Shown here piece after piece: positions 46,465-59,639 of a stretch of DNA of 64,000 nt. This DNA is from Hormiphora californensis. Its lineage: Eukaryota; Animalia; Ctenophora. The notes beneath the pieces are model-generated. The model had not been told where the DNA came from. It was given only the letters and a program-made list of their open reading frames with translations, and made no database searches. Within the stretch, counting starts at the first letter, position 1. Every line of letters starts with the position of its first letter. The stretch is taken from NCBI GenBank assembly GCA_020137815.1, contig CM035353.1, forward strand, positions 5,518,001 to 5,582,000. The letters run 5' to 3'. A program made the position numbers and the translations under genes.

Positions 46465-47741
46465 TATAACTGGAGTGCAGGCACCTTTTTATAGTATATA
46501 TGGTCTTGTTTTTTTTTAACTGGTCGTCTCCTCGACTGAAATTCGAAAAAATTTTGGAAAAAGGAGTATTTAGGTAAGAAATATTTTTCAAAATTGCTAA
46601 AAATCAAAATTATGATGTAAAAGTGTCTTGAGAGTAATTTAAGCTTGTGTTTTTTAAACTTACTCATGTTGTGCGGTGCATATGACCACGTTTGCTAAAA
46701 CTGTACAAAATCTTCAGGACAAATAATAAACTTGCAATTTTTGAGTAAATTGCAGATAATTGGTCTATAAATCTTGCCTACAGCGATGAGTAAGCATGTG
46801 ACTCATCTAGTGCGGTGCAATTGGCACTCAAAGTAGCAGCATTTTTAAATCGAGGTTTTATAGTATCAAATGGACTTTATTATTCCCCAAATGTTGACTA
46901 ATACGTTCCTCATTTGTAAAGGAACAATTAGTGCTGAAAAAAAATCAAAAAGTTTACTCATTTGGTGCGGTGACACGGAAAATATCAAGTTCTATTAAAA
47001 TGCCCATGCACCGCACCAAATGAGTAAATGATTCCAATTTTGATCAGAAACAGTTGATATAGACACTAGCTACACCACTAGCTAGTTTTCAGACGTATTT
47101 ACTCATTAATTGCGGTGTAGTTGACAAGTCGCAATATGCAACCACTTTTGAAGCCTCTGCACCGCACCCCATGAGTAAACTTTAGTGTTGATTTTAGGTT
47201 CATAGTATCAAGAAATGTCGATAGAAAAGGTGTGCAAGAAACCGTAATGCTATTTGCTCATGTTTACCCTTCAAGAGTAAGAAAAAAGCAGAAATTTAGG
47301 GCCTGCACCGCACTAAAAGAGTAAAATGTTTATCGATGTTAGTTTTGTTGATTGGGAAAAAATTATGGTCATCGATTCCTGAAATTTCAACTTATAAGAG
47401 GCATCAGGAGGCAAATTAGAGGTCAGCACCGCACAAGGGCACCGCACGTCGTATTTTCATTAATAGCACCGCTCAGGAGTAAGATAGAGATCTGGTTTTT
47501 TCGCTAAAAGGAAATTTGAACACTGCACCATCTGAGTATATGAAAATCAACCCCCGGCTGTTATGTTAATGTATCGGAATCTTTGATTGAAAAATTTTGG
47601 TCGGACGACCAGTTAAAAAAAACAAGACCATATTATCATAATATAGCGTTTCTGCGTATACCTACTATTATAGTAGGTATACGCAGAAACGCTATATTAT
47701 AATAATATATACTATAAAAAGGTGCCTGCACTCCAGTTATA
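46465..47741. mobile_element. ~1.28-kb non-autonomous TIR element with oriented subterminal motifs
   Basis: Ends TATAACTGGAGTGCAGGCACCTTTTTATAGTATAT and its reverse complement. Repeated ACTCA..TGCGGTG motifs occur mostly forward in the left half and inverted in the right half. Confidence 0.8.
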
Positions 47742-47758
47742 TTCCTTAGTTAGTCATC

Positions 47759-50050
47759 ATGGCCCTAGCATCAGCACTACATTGTATTCTCATGTTCGCC
47801 GTGAAGTGTTCGGTACCTCCCCTCGTTCCACCCCCAATCTGTAACCTGTCCATCCCCGTGGTCCCAAGCTTTCACCTAGAGAAAAGCAAACCGTGGTTAT
47901 CTGATTTCATTACCACTAAACGGTCCTGCAACAACGTTCCAAGCCACGAGATTGTCCCTGATTCTTCTCCACGCGGTCATGATGAACTCACATGCCCCTT
48001 TACTGCTAACGTATTGACAACGTGCGACTGCGTTATGCACAGCAAGGCGTGTTTAGGAATGTCCTGGAATTGCACCATTCCCAGTTTTAATATATGTGAC
48101 GGATATTCACAATGCCTGATGGACGAGTGTGGTAACGACTGTAATACCTCTGTTATCTACTGTCCAGGACCGGATAAGGGCTGTGTCAGTATGGCCCAGG
48201 CTTGTGATGGGATTGCGGACTGCCCGGGAGGGGAGGATGAGAGAGCGTGTGAGGGGGCCAAAAACATAACATGTTTTAGTAGAGATGGTCAGTACATCAA
48301 CTTGATAACTTCTCCCACTGCACTTTGTAGGGGTGCTCTCTTCAAGTCTGTAGCCAGCTGGCCCGTTATAGGATCTTGTGGAGAATGCAAAAACAAGGTA
48401 GAGGAAACCACAGTTGAACAATGTATCGACATCGTTGTGTCTAGTTCTACTCATAAGTACTCTCCTGTAGAGTCTGTAGAGTCTACAACTAGTAGGATCC
48501 GGGAAGACTGCAGGACAAGGTGCAACGTCACAAAGAAGTTGTGTGGACTTATAATGGGTATGAACCCCGACTCACCAATGGTGTCCCACTCCACAGCATG
48601 CCTGTCAGGTGATTATCTTCCAGTGAAGGCCCTGTGTGATGGTGTTATAGATTGTACAGACAGAAGCGACGAGAAGTATTGTCCGGGTAGGTTTTATTGC
48701 AGTGTGGAGGACGCGGAGTGGGTTGAAGAGGACAAGGTTTGTGATGGTTACAAAGACTGTAAAACGGGACTGGACGAGTGCAACACATGTGCCCGGGGTT
48801 TTTTCTCTTCGGACGAGCGGATAATCCGGCACACCACCTCCTGTGGAGTCTGCGTGTTTGTGGTTGTAGTGATCATCGCCGCTAACATTTACCAACTCCT
48901 AGAGATAAACTATTTCCTGGACCCTGATGCAGGTAAACACATCCTTGTGGATAGATTCCTAAAGATAGCACTCATTGTCCACGATATTTTGATGGGGGTC
49001 TATCTGGGTTGTCTTCTTGTCGCTAACTTCTGGTTCTACGGCCGGTACTGTCAGTTTGATACGGAATGGAGGACGGGTACCTCTTGTCACGTTTTGGGGG
49101 TGATATTCAGTGTCTCCTCTCATGGATCTCTTTTAACGGTCCTCCTCATGTCCATAACCCGTGCCTACAAATGTACAAATCCCTTAACAGAGGGCCTTCC
49201 AAAGAGTTCTGTATACATCGTATCAGGGCTCCTCATCCTACTGAATCTAGTCCATGCTACAATCCCGCTAGTCAAGGTTGGGGTGGTACAAGAAGTCTTT
49301 AGAAATCACATCCAGATCCCCAACACTAACCCCTTTTTAGAGAAGCAGCACACAAACCTAACTAGGATTACTGAGATTCACGCGGTGTTCTTCGGCAACA
49401 GTTCCACGGCTGATTTCTATGATAAGGTTCAAGATTTGAAGTCCGTAACAAACAACCGAGATATATTTGACGTCCAAGATTTCTCCCTCTATAGTTGGTC
49501 TCCAGTGTGCCTCCCTGACATGTTTACCACCCGGCCAGGTCCCATGGTCTACTACAAGATCTTCTACGTGTCCGCTCTTGGGTTCGTGCTCCTCCTAGTG
49601 GCTATATCTTACGGTCTCATATTGTTTTCAATTCTGAAGACGTCCATAGCGAAGCCAAAAGAACAAAGAATTGGGGTGGTGGGAAAGAAAGTTGCAGTGA
49701 TCGTGGGTGTCAAGTTCTCAACCTGGGTGTTTGTCCTGACCATCATGGTTTACACCATGGTCACAGAGGGTTTTGTGGGCTCGACCTGGTTTGAGATTAC
49801 AGCCATCATCATAATACCCATCAACAGTGGTCTAAATCCTGTATTTCATTCCGAGCTTTACAAGAAACTAACAGCACTATGGACCCGGATATCTACTGCA
49901 GTTAGCAAACTGACTAACAGGAATGTTTTGTCGGATGTTCATGTAGTAGCCCAGATGTCTACCGGACAGGCGGGTCTTGAGGAGAATATAGAGATGAAGC
50001 CGATTGGTCCTCTCAAATGGCAAGCCAGGGCTCGTGGCGCCACGATATAG
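47759..50050 (+). CDS. Intronless LDLa-containing class A GPCR (GRL101/RXFP-related, no LRRs), 763 aa
   Basis: Signal peptide; LDLa repeats (CDGIADCPGGEDERAC, CDGVIDCTDRSDEKYC, CDGYKDCKTGLDEC); 7TM motifs HDILMGVYL, WRTGTSCHVLG and PINSGLNPVFH. Confidence 0.92.
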   Translation: MALASALHCILMFAVKCSVPPLVPPPICNLSIPVVPSFHLEKSKPWLSDFITTKRSCNNVPSHEIVPDSSPRGHDELTCPFTANVLTTCDCVMHSKACLGMSWNCTIPSFNICDGYSQCLMDECGNDCNTSVIYCPGPDKGCVSMAQACDGIADCPGGEDERACEGAKNITCFSRDGQYINLITSPTALCRGALFKSVASWPVIGSCGECKNKVEETTVEQCIDIVVSSSTHKYSPVESVESTTSRIREDCRTRCNVTKKLCGLIMGMNPDSPMVSHSTACLSGDYLPVKALCDGVIDCTDRSDEKYCPGRFYCSVEDAEWVEEDKVCDGYKDCKTGLDECNTCARGFFSSDERIIRHTTSCGVCVFVVVVIIAANIYQLLEINYFLDPDAGKHILVDRFLKIALIVHDILMGVYLGCLLVANFWFYGRYCQFDTEWRTGTSCHVLGVIFSVSSHGSLLTVLLMSITRAYKCTNPLTEGLPKSSVYIVSGLLILLNLVHATIPLVKVGVVQEVFRNHIQIPNTNPFLEKQHTNLTRITEIHAVFFGNSSTADFYDKVQDLKSVTNNRDIFDVQDFSLYSWSPVCLPDMFTTRPGPMVYYKIFYVSALGFVLLLVAISYGLILFSILKTSIAKPKEQRIGVVGKKVAVIVGVKFSTWVFVLTIMVYTMVTEGFVGSTWFEITAIIIIPINSGLNPVFHSELYKKLTALWTRISTAVSKLTNRNVLSDVHVVAQMSTGQAGLEENIEMKPIGPLKWQARARGATI

Positions 50051-50463
50051 GTTCATCTGCAACAGACAGGTATGGACTCCACTTAAAGACGGGTGTGTTT
50101 AGAGCAATTGTAGAATAAGAAGACCTTTGCGATTATGCTATCATAAGTGCTTCCTACATCCTTAAAAACTTCAGGAAATCACCAGTGCTGATGACGGAAT
50201 ATGTAGATAAGAAGAAGACGAAGTTAAAGATAAATGGAGGAGGAAGAAAGACAGACAGATCGAGAAAGTGAGTGTACCTCGGAGTATAAATGGAGACAAG
50301 GTTTATTAGATTGGTTTTCTAGACTCTAGAGAGCTGGAGAGTGGGACATTGAGATAAGAGAATGGTTGGTGTGCCGAATATATCTGTGTGGTATTGCTTT
50401 CTATAACATCAAGCTGCGAATCGCAGCCTACGCTGTTCCATTTAATCATTTGAGACATGATAA

Positions 50464-50540
<77 letters not shown>

Positions 50541-51546
50541 TGGGAAAGCTTTAAGATATTGTATTTAAATTGTAACGGCTGGTTGATGAATATTCGTTTT
50601 TAAGTTATGCTGTATATGGCTTGTTAACTTTGTTGAATAAGGGTCATTGTTGAGTAAGCCTTCAAGGATATCGTATATTGGAGCTAGAGAGTTCCATATG
50701 TTGCAATGTTACAAGTTCCAACAAATATTTGGTCTGTATGGCGTCGTTTTTTCGAGTATATACGACTTTATACGGATTCGGTATGGTGTTGGTCTGTATG
50801 GTGTCGTTCTGTATCGTGTCGGTCTGTATGTAGCCTATAGGAGGTTACCCTTTGTGTCACCTAAGAGTCCCCGGAGTCCTTTTAACTTTTTTACTAATCG
50901 CTATTCGCTATCCTGCTAAGTGCCAAATTAAAGTAGGAATTTGGAATTTTAACGTAATAAAAGTCAAAACGCCTCCAGTCTCCAGGAGCTTTCAGGTCAG
51001 ACACAGGCGAGCTTTTACTGCTTACATAGCCTTAAAAAACAGGAGACCCGAGAAACAGGGCGACGTTAAAATCTGGGTGTTTGGTTACGCGCAAATCCAG
51101 AATTTACGCCGCGCACGCGCGCGCGTGGTTTTTTCGCTCGGAGAAAATCACAGCTCGAATCAGTTCAAATTTTTGAACTGAAACTTTTTCAAAAAAGAGA
51201 AAAAGAGAAAAAGCCGAGGAAAATCCGAAAAACAGGCTTTGAGGGTTAAAATAAAGAACAATAACGATGGTTGTTGATGGGCTTAAAAAGGAATGTGTTT
51301 AGATAAGAATTAAGAACGAGGGTTTTGACCAGAAACGTCCAAATTGTGTGATAAAAGTGTGTGACAAACTTACAAAATTACAAGACTTGATCGCTTACGC
51401 CTTACCGGTGCCAATCGCCTAGTAAGAAATAAGGACTGTTAAAGAGATAATTAAAGCCTTATTCTAACGATCAAAGTATCGTTCATGGTCTGGATCATAG
51501 TCTGGATCACAGTCTGGATCATGGTCTCCCGTCTCGATCATGGTCT

Positions 51547-52915
51547 ATGACAATGACAATGACAATGACAATGACTATGACTATGACTATGACTATGACT
51601 ATGACAATGACTATGACTATGACAATGACAATGACAATGACAATGACAATGACAATGACAATGACAATGACAATGACAATGACAATGACAATGACAATGA
51701 CAATGACAATGACAATGACAATGACAATGACAATGACAATGACAATGACAATGACAATGACAATGACAATGACAATGACAATGACAATGACAATGACAAT
51801 GACAATGACAATGACAATGACAATGACAATGACAATGACAATGACAATGGTCTGTCATGGTCTGTCATGGTCTGTCATGGTCTGTCATGGTCTGTCATGG
51901 TCTGTCATGGTCTGTCATGGTCTGTCATGGTCTGTCATGGTCTGTCATGGTCTGTCATGGTCTGTCATGGTCTGTCATGGTCTGTCATGGTCTGTCATGG
52001 TCTGTCATGGTCTGTCATGGTCTGTCATGGTCTGTCATGGTCTGTCATGGTCTGTCATGGTCTGTCATGGTCTGTCATGGTCTGTCATGGTCTGTCATGG
52101 TCTGTCATGGTCTGTCATGGTCTGTCATGGTCTGTCATGGTCTGTCATGGTCTGTCATGGTCTGTCATGGTCTGTCATGGTCTGTCATGGTCTGTCATGG
52201 TCTGTCATGGTCTGTCATGGTCTGTCATGGTCTGTCATGGTCTGTCTCTTGATGTCTATTGATGTCTCTTGATGTCTCTTGATGTCTCTTGATGTCTCTT
52301 GATGTCTCTTGATGTCTCTTGATGTCTCTTGATGTCTCTTGATGTCTCTTGATGTCTCTTGATGTCTCTTGATGTCTCTTGATGTCTCTTGATGTCTCTT
52401 GATGTCTCTTGATGTCTCTTGATGTCTCTTGATGTCTCTTGATGTCTTGTGATGTCTTGTGATGTCTTGTGATGTCTTGTGATGTCTTGTGATGTCTTGT
52501 GATGTCTTGTGATGTCTTGTGATGTCTTGTGATGTCTTGTGATGTCTTGTGATGTCTTGTGATGTCTTGTGATGTCTTGTGATGTCTTGTGATGTCTTGT
52601 GATGTCTTGTGATGTCTTGTGATGTCTTGTGATGTCTTGTGATGTCTTGTGATGTCTTGTGATGTCTTGTGATGTCTTGTGATGTCTTGTGATGTCTTGT
52701 GATGTCTTGTGATGTCTTGTGATGTCTTGTGATGTCTTGTGATGTCTTGTGATGTCTTGTGATGTCTTGTGATGTCTTGTGATGTCTTGTGATGTCTTGT
52801 GATGTCTTGTGATGTCTTGTGATGTCTTGTGATGTCTTGTGATGTCTTGTGATGTCTTGTGATGTCTTGTGATGTCTTGTGATGTCTTGTGATGTCTTGT
52901 GATGTCTTGTGATGT
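51547..52915. repeat. Compound satellite: (ATGACA)n, (TGGTCTGTCA)n, (TCTTGATGTC)n, (TCTTGTGATG)n
   Basis: Four abutting homogeneous blocks with switches near 51848, 52246 and 52446. Confidence 0.97.
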
Positions 52916-53062
52916 CCCATGACTCCTCAGAAGACATCATGATACCTGATGAGACATCATGAGACATCATGGAACATCGTGAGATATTTTGAGATATCAT
53001 GAGACATCATCAATGATGAGATCTTGTTCAGGATTAAATAGGGAGGAAAATTAGAAAAATAT

Positions 53063-53117
53063 CTGGCGAGGGCCGGGCTCGAACCGACAACCTCTGGGTT
53101 TCGCGTCCATTGCTCTA
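53063..53117 (-). pseudogene. tRNA-derived fragment (3' two-thirds; SINE head or tRNA pseudogene)
   Basis: Minus strand reads TAGAGCAATGGACGCGAAACCCAGAGGTTGTCGGTTCGAGCCCGGCCCTCGCCA, with a B-box/T-loop GGTTCGAGCCC. The 5' part is cut by the MITE. Confidence 0.6.
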
Positions 53118-53270
53118 AAGTCGGATTTTTTGAAACTGTCACCCCAAAACGACCGCGCATGTGAAATTTATCAATTTTGACACGCACACCACACGTTAAC
53201 ATGTGATGTGACGCGCAAAAACATTCCGCGCACGAAAAGGGGGGTGACAGTTTCAAAAAATCCGACTTTA
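53116..53270. mobile_element. 155-bp TA-flanked MITE, copy A
   Basis: TA|AAGTCGGATTTTTTGAAACTGTCACCCC ... GGGGTGACAGTTTCAAAAAATCCGACTT|TA. Confidence 0.92.
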
Positions 53271-53645
53271 CCTTCGAGCCCGGCCCTCGCCAGATATTTT
53301 TCTAATTTTCCTCCCTATTTAATCCTGAACAAGATCTCATCATTGATATTTAACCAAGCCATTCTTCCACAACCGTGATCTGCCCGCTGTATGTTTCCCC
53401 TTCACTGTTGTACAGTAGGGCGTGTATGTGTGAGAGAGAAAGTGAGATTAGCAGCCAGAGAAGATATTAAAAATCTTGTTCCGTCATGAGACATCATGAG
53501 ACATCATGAGACATCACAAGACATCACAAGACATCACAAGACATATCTCATGGTGTTGCCATGTATTGTATTGTCTCATGAAGTTTCATGGTGTCTCATG
53601 AGGTCTCCTGAGAGATGATGAAGAAGGCGGAATGACGAATGTGTG

Positions 53646-54602
<957 letters not shown>

Positions 54603-54653
54603 GTAGCGTTGAATTAAAGACATTGTGAAATGGTCGAAAAGAAAGAAGGAAGA

Positions 54654-54808
54654 TAAAGTCGGATTTTTTGAAGTTGTCACCCCCCTTTTCGTGCGCGGAA
54701 TGTTTTTGCGCGTCACATCACATGTTAACGTGTGGTGTGCGCGTCAAAATTGATAAATTTCACATGCGCGGTCATTTTGGGGTGACAACTTCAAAAAATC
54801 CGACTTTA
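54654..54808. mobile_element. 155-bp TA-flanked MITE, copy B (opposite orientation)
   Basis: Internal sequence is the reverse complement of copy A; both TIRs carry the variant GAAGTTGTC. Confidence 0.92.
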
Positions 54809-54971
54809 GAAAGGAAACGTGTGATGAAGAACATAAAATATCTACTGATTTGGTGATTTGGTACACTAAGTTACATTCTGTTGACTTGACGTAACGCGCG
54901 GACTGCCTTGAGCTGAGATCAGGCAGGTTGGTCGCGCGCGAGCTCGCACGCGCCATATGACGTCATTTCGC

Positions 54972-55538
54972 TTGGCATACGTTGCAGGCCCCTTATAATA
55001 TAATATAAGGGGCCTGGAGGGAATACCGCGCTAGGGGGGAATACATAATCAATCATATCTCCGGTTCCAGATAAGGTACAGAAATCGTTTTGGTAGCGTT
55101 GGAAAGAGGAAGATAACAGCTTTCAAATGCAACCGGTTTCAGGTCTCTATCTTATCAGGAACAGGAGATATGAACCAAACTCCGCAAAATCGAGTGCGGT
55201 AAAATCGAAATTTGAATGAAATTTTAAAAATGGTGTCCCTGCAAGAATCTGTGACGTCACTTTTTGAAAACAACCCATCTTTCAACGGCTATTGCTCAGC
55301 CTCCTTAAGTCCAATTAACTTCTCTCAAAAACAGCAAGGTAGATAATCGTCAGATCTAACAACTGGTGAAAGAATCAAGTCAAACGGACTTCAGGAGCCA
55401 AAGTTATAAGCACCGCCGTTTTTTCGACCGCAAAGTTATCTTCGACCCAGCCGGGATCAGGCCAAACGCGCGCGCGGCATTCCCTCCAGTCCCCTCGTTG
55501 CGGGGGTGCGCGCATGAGGGGGCTGCAGCGCATTCCAA
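54972..55538 (+). mobile_element. 567-bp non-autonomous TIR element, copy 2, with 9-bp TSD (Mutator-like)
   Basis: TCATTTCGC|TTGGCATAC...GCATTCCAA|TCATTTCGC; about 3 substitutions seen versus 11904-12470. Confidence 0.9.
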
Positions 55539-57659
55539 TCATTTCGCGCAAACACCCAGATTTTAACGCCGCCCCGAGAAACACAGGAAACTTTTTGAAC
55601 ACAGTTTCTATCGCGTCGAATTATTTTATGATCATCGCGCGCGCCGCTTTAGAATAGTGCGCGGGTTAACTTTTGCGCGTGCTATCGAAGCACTGGCAAG
55701 AGCTTCTATTCTTCTATTCATGAAACCGTGCTTTTGTGCAATAATAATATTAAGGTGATCCATAATGATTTTCAATCGCCCTTTTTGAGTACTACACATT
55801 GATACTGGGCATCAAAAATGTTTACAGGAGCGATCTCACTCTCAGTCTCAGTTTGGCAAATTTTTCTGCCTTTTGGGCCGGTGCCATATTTTGAGCAAAT
55901 ATTAGCCCCCTACTCCAATCTTGGATCCATTGCAACCTATTCTCGCTCCGCGAATAATAGTATGTGGTCACCAGGAACCAGGTCTTATAAAAATTAAATG
56001 GCTCCGATGAACATGAAGCAAAACAATCGAAATTGAAAATTATTATGGATCACTCTTGGTGACATATAGACACCTGGCGCGACCCCCGCACACAGGTGTC
56101 GGCTCGGCCCCCTAAAAAAGGGTCGTGTCTTTCAAGGCTTTTTGCACGCGATCCACTGGACCGATTTGCATCCGGTTTGTCGCAAAAGACTACAAATTGA
56201 TCCTAATATACTGGAAAATACCCGAGAAGTTTACGTTTGTCTGTCAACAGGAAGTGGGTCAAAATTGACACTGAAGTCAAATCTATAATCTGGCTTCCGA
56301 GCCTTTTTGCACCACTCCCAGACGGTTTAGAATGAATCTGAGGGTATCAGAAGATAGGTTGAACTCTTGTGAGTACTGGAAAATACCCGGCATTAATAGC
56401 TGATGCTAATTGCATCAACATAATAACATATCTCCCAATATCTTCTAAATCGCATGGAGGCACCCCGAATGTGTTGAGACGCGCATATCGCGACGCGCAT
56501 GAGACGCGCATGCGACGCGCACATTGCGACGCGCACCAAATTGGTCAAATTCAAAAAATGTGAAAATGCGTTTTTAAAATTTTAAGACTTGAGGCCTCTT
56601 GGACGTTTTTGGGAGACTGATGGTGACCCATAAGGAGTCCGAGAGCCTCAAAGAGAGTGCACAGCATCGGAAAGAGACTGCACTGTGCAGTGCACGCAGC
56701 ATCCAGAAGAGAGCGCGCGCTTACCCACGTGAAAGAGGCTCACCGCGCGAAGTAAGCAGTACTTTACCCTCAATTTTCTTCTCGCGCGTTACATAACATT
56801 CAATTTCACACACTTCTGTCTTCGGAGACTCGATGAAGAAGACTGAAATCAAGGATGAGAAGATAAATGAGGCCAATTAGATTCTTGAGTTGTTAATTGT
56901 TTTCAAACAAGATCAACACACTTTTGGATTATTTGAAAATTCTATATTGGAGAGAAATATTTCGTTGCTAATTTCATTTTCAGACAAAAAGTGTGTGGGA
57001 AGAGTAAAACACATTCATTTCGTTTCCATTAAGTTTCAGTGTACATAAACAATTTGTTTTTTTAAACCATTGTCTTTTGTTATTGGGTTTTAACGTAAAA
57101 ACTTTTTATTATTTTGAAAACCCTAAAAGAAAAAGAAAACATTTTTTAACAAAATTTGGGGAAAGAAAACCATTTCATTTTCGTTTATAATGATATAAAT
57201 ATTTAATTACATTAGTTTTTTAAAAACCAACGGTTTTGAAAGAGGGTCCCTGTTTTTATATTTTTACCCCAAAAAAAGGGGTCAATTTTTTTTAAAACAC
57301 ATTTTTTAAAAAATCCCTTACTTTTCCTGTTATTAAAATTAGCATTTCTCTTTCAAAAGAGGCTCTCCTCTTTTACTCCTCCCATTGATTTTTTTTCCCC
57401 AGTGAAAAATCCGAACTTCCGTGTTTTTCACTTTTCCTTCAATGTGGAGGAAGGGGGTTTTAATTGTTTAGAAAGGGTTGTTATCCATAACTAAGGGAGT
57501 TTTAAAAACCCCTAATAAAGTGAGGAAAGGGTATTTTAATTTGTTGGAAACTGGAAGGGCGTTGATCAAATAAAAATTAGGCCCCAGGGTTTTTTTAGTT
57601 TTAAAAACTTGATTTTAAATGATCTGTTAAGAGGGGGGCGTTGCTGTAAAGATTTTTGG

Positions 57660-59530
57660 AAAAGGGGAAGGAAAAAAAGGAAGGAAGGAGGGGGGGGGGA
57701 AAAAGGAAAAAGGAAAAGGAAAGGGAAGGGAAAGGGAAAAGAAAAAAAGGGAAGGAAGGGAAAGGGAAAGGAAAGAATTAAGGAGGAAGGAAGTAAATTC
57801 CCCCCCGGGTTTTCCCCTTTTCCCTTCCCCCCTTTCCTTCTTCCCCTTACCCTCTCCCTTTCACTGCCGTTTTGTTTTTTTTTTTTGGCTTCCTTTTCCC
57901 CCTTTTCCCCTGTTTTCCTTCCTTCCTTTCCTTCCCCTTCCCCCTTCTTTTCCCTTTTCCTTCCTTCCTTTTCCCCCCTTCCTTCCCCCTCCTTCCTTCC
58001 CCCTTTTTCCCTTTCCCTTCCTTTCCCTTTCCTCCTTTCCTTTTTATCCTTCCTCCTTCCTTCCTTCCTTCTTCCTTCCTTCCCCTTCCCTTTCCTTTCC
58101 CTTTCCCTCCTTCCTTCCTTCCTTTCCCCTTTCCCTTTCCCTTCCCCTTCCTTTCCTCCTTCCCTTCTCCTTTCCTTCCTTCCTTCCCTTCCTTCCTCCT
58201 TCCCCTTTCCTTTCCTTCCTTCCCCCCTTCCCTTTCCTTCCTTCTTTCCTTCCTTCCTTCCTTCCCTTTCCTTTCCTTCCCCCTTTCCCTTTCCTTCCTT
58301 CTTCCCTTCCCCCTTTCCTTCCTCCCCTTCCTTCCCCCCTTCCCTTTCCCCTTCTTCCTTCCTTTCCTTTCCCCTTCCTTCCTTTCCTTCCTTCCCCTTC
58401 CTTCCTTCCTTCCTTCCCTTTCCTTCCTTCCTTCCTCCCTTCCTTCCGCCTTCCTTTCCCCTTCCTTCCTTCCTTCCTTCATTCCTCCTCCTTCCTTTCC
58501 CTTTCCTTCCTTCCTTCCTTCCTTCCCTTCCTTCCTTTCCTTCCCCTTCCTTCCTTTTTCCCCTTCCCCTTCCTTCCTTCCCCTTCCTTCCCCTTTTTCC
58601 CCCTTCGTTTTCCCCCCTTGGCCCCCCTTCCCCCTTCCTCCTTCCCTGCCCCTTCTTCCTTCCTCCCCTTCCTTCCTTTCCCCTCCCCTTCCCCCCCTTC
58701 CTCCCCTCCCCTTCCTTTTTCCTTCCGTCTCCTTCCCCTTTCCCCCTTCCTTCCTTCCTTCCCTTCCCCCCCTTTTTTCCCCTTCCCCCTTCCTCTTCCT
58801 TCCTTCCTCCCCCCTTCCCTTTCCTCCCCCCCTTCCTTTCCTTCCCCCCCTTCCCCCTTTCCCTTCCCCTCCTTCCTCCTTCCCCTTTCCTTCCCTTCCC
58901 TTCCTTCCCTTTTCCCCTTCCTTCCTTCCCCCCCCCTTTTCCCCTTCCTTACCTCCTCTTCCTTCCTTCCCCCTTCCTTCCTTCCTTTTCTTCCTTCCTT
59001 CCTTCCTTCCCCCCTTTCCCCCTTCCCCCTTCCTTCTTCCCTTCCTTCCTTCCCCCTTCCTTCCTCCCTTCCTTTCCCTTTCCCTTTCCTTCCTTCCTTC
59101 CTTCCTTCCTTTCCTTCCCTTTCCCTTTCCCTTTCCCTTCCTTCCTTCCTTTCCTTTCCCTTTCCTTTCCTTCCCCCTTCCCTTTCCTTCCTTTCCCCTT
59201 CCCCCCCTTCCTTCCTTCCCCTTCTTCCCCTTTCCCTTTCCTTCCCCCCCTTCCCCCCTTCCCTTTCCCTTTCCTTCCTTCCTTCCTTTCCCCCCTCCTT
59301 CCTTCCCTTCCCTTTCCCTTCTTCCTTCCTTCCTTCCCCCCTTCCTTCCTTCCTCCTTCCTTCCTTCCCCCCCTTCCCCTTTCCCCTTTCCCTTTCCCCT
59401 TCCCCTTCCTTCCTTCCCTTCCTTTCCTTCCTTCCTTCCTTCCTTCCGTCCTTCCTTCCCTTCCTTCCTCCTTTCCCTTTCCCCTTCCTTCCGCCCTTTC
59501 CCTTTTCCTTCTTTCTTCCTTTTTTTCCCA
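57660..59530. repeat. Degenerate (GGAA)n then long (TTCC)n low-complexity tract
   Basis: Read directly; likely a noisy consensus of a purer satellite. Confidence 0.85.
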
Positions 59531-59639
59531 AGGGGGGCTCCCCCCCTCTTTTCCCCTGTTTTCAATCCCTTGCCGTTTTAAACCCCCCCCAAAAGTTCCT
59601 TTTGCCTACCCCTGATGGGATTAACCCAAAAATCTAGAC

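Noticed and set aside
51538-53000. DN/MT/CH/HHKTSQDITR repeat proteins
   Set aside because: Pure DNA-level satellites with no synonymous variation.
53063-53117. Functional tRNA gene
   Set aside because: It lacks the 5' acceptor strand and most of the D arm, and the anticodon stem is mispaired.
57609-59637. 300-670-aa P/F/S or G/K/E/R ORFs
   Set aside because: Low-complexity (TTCC)n tract that lacks stop codons by composition.
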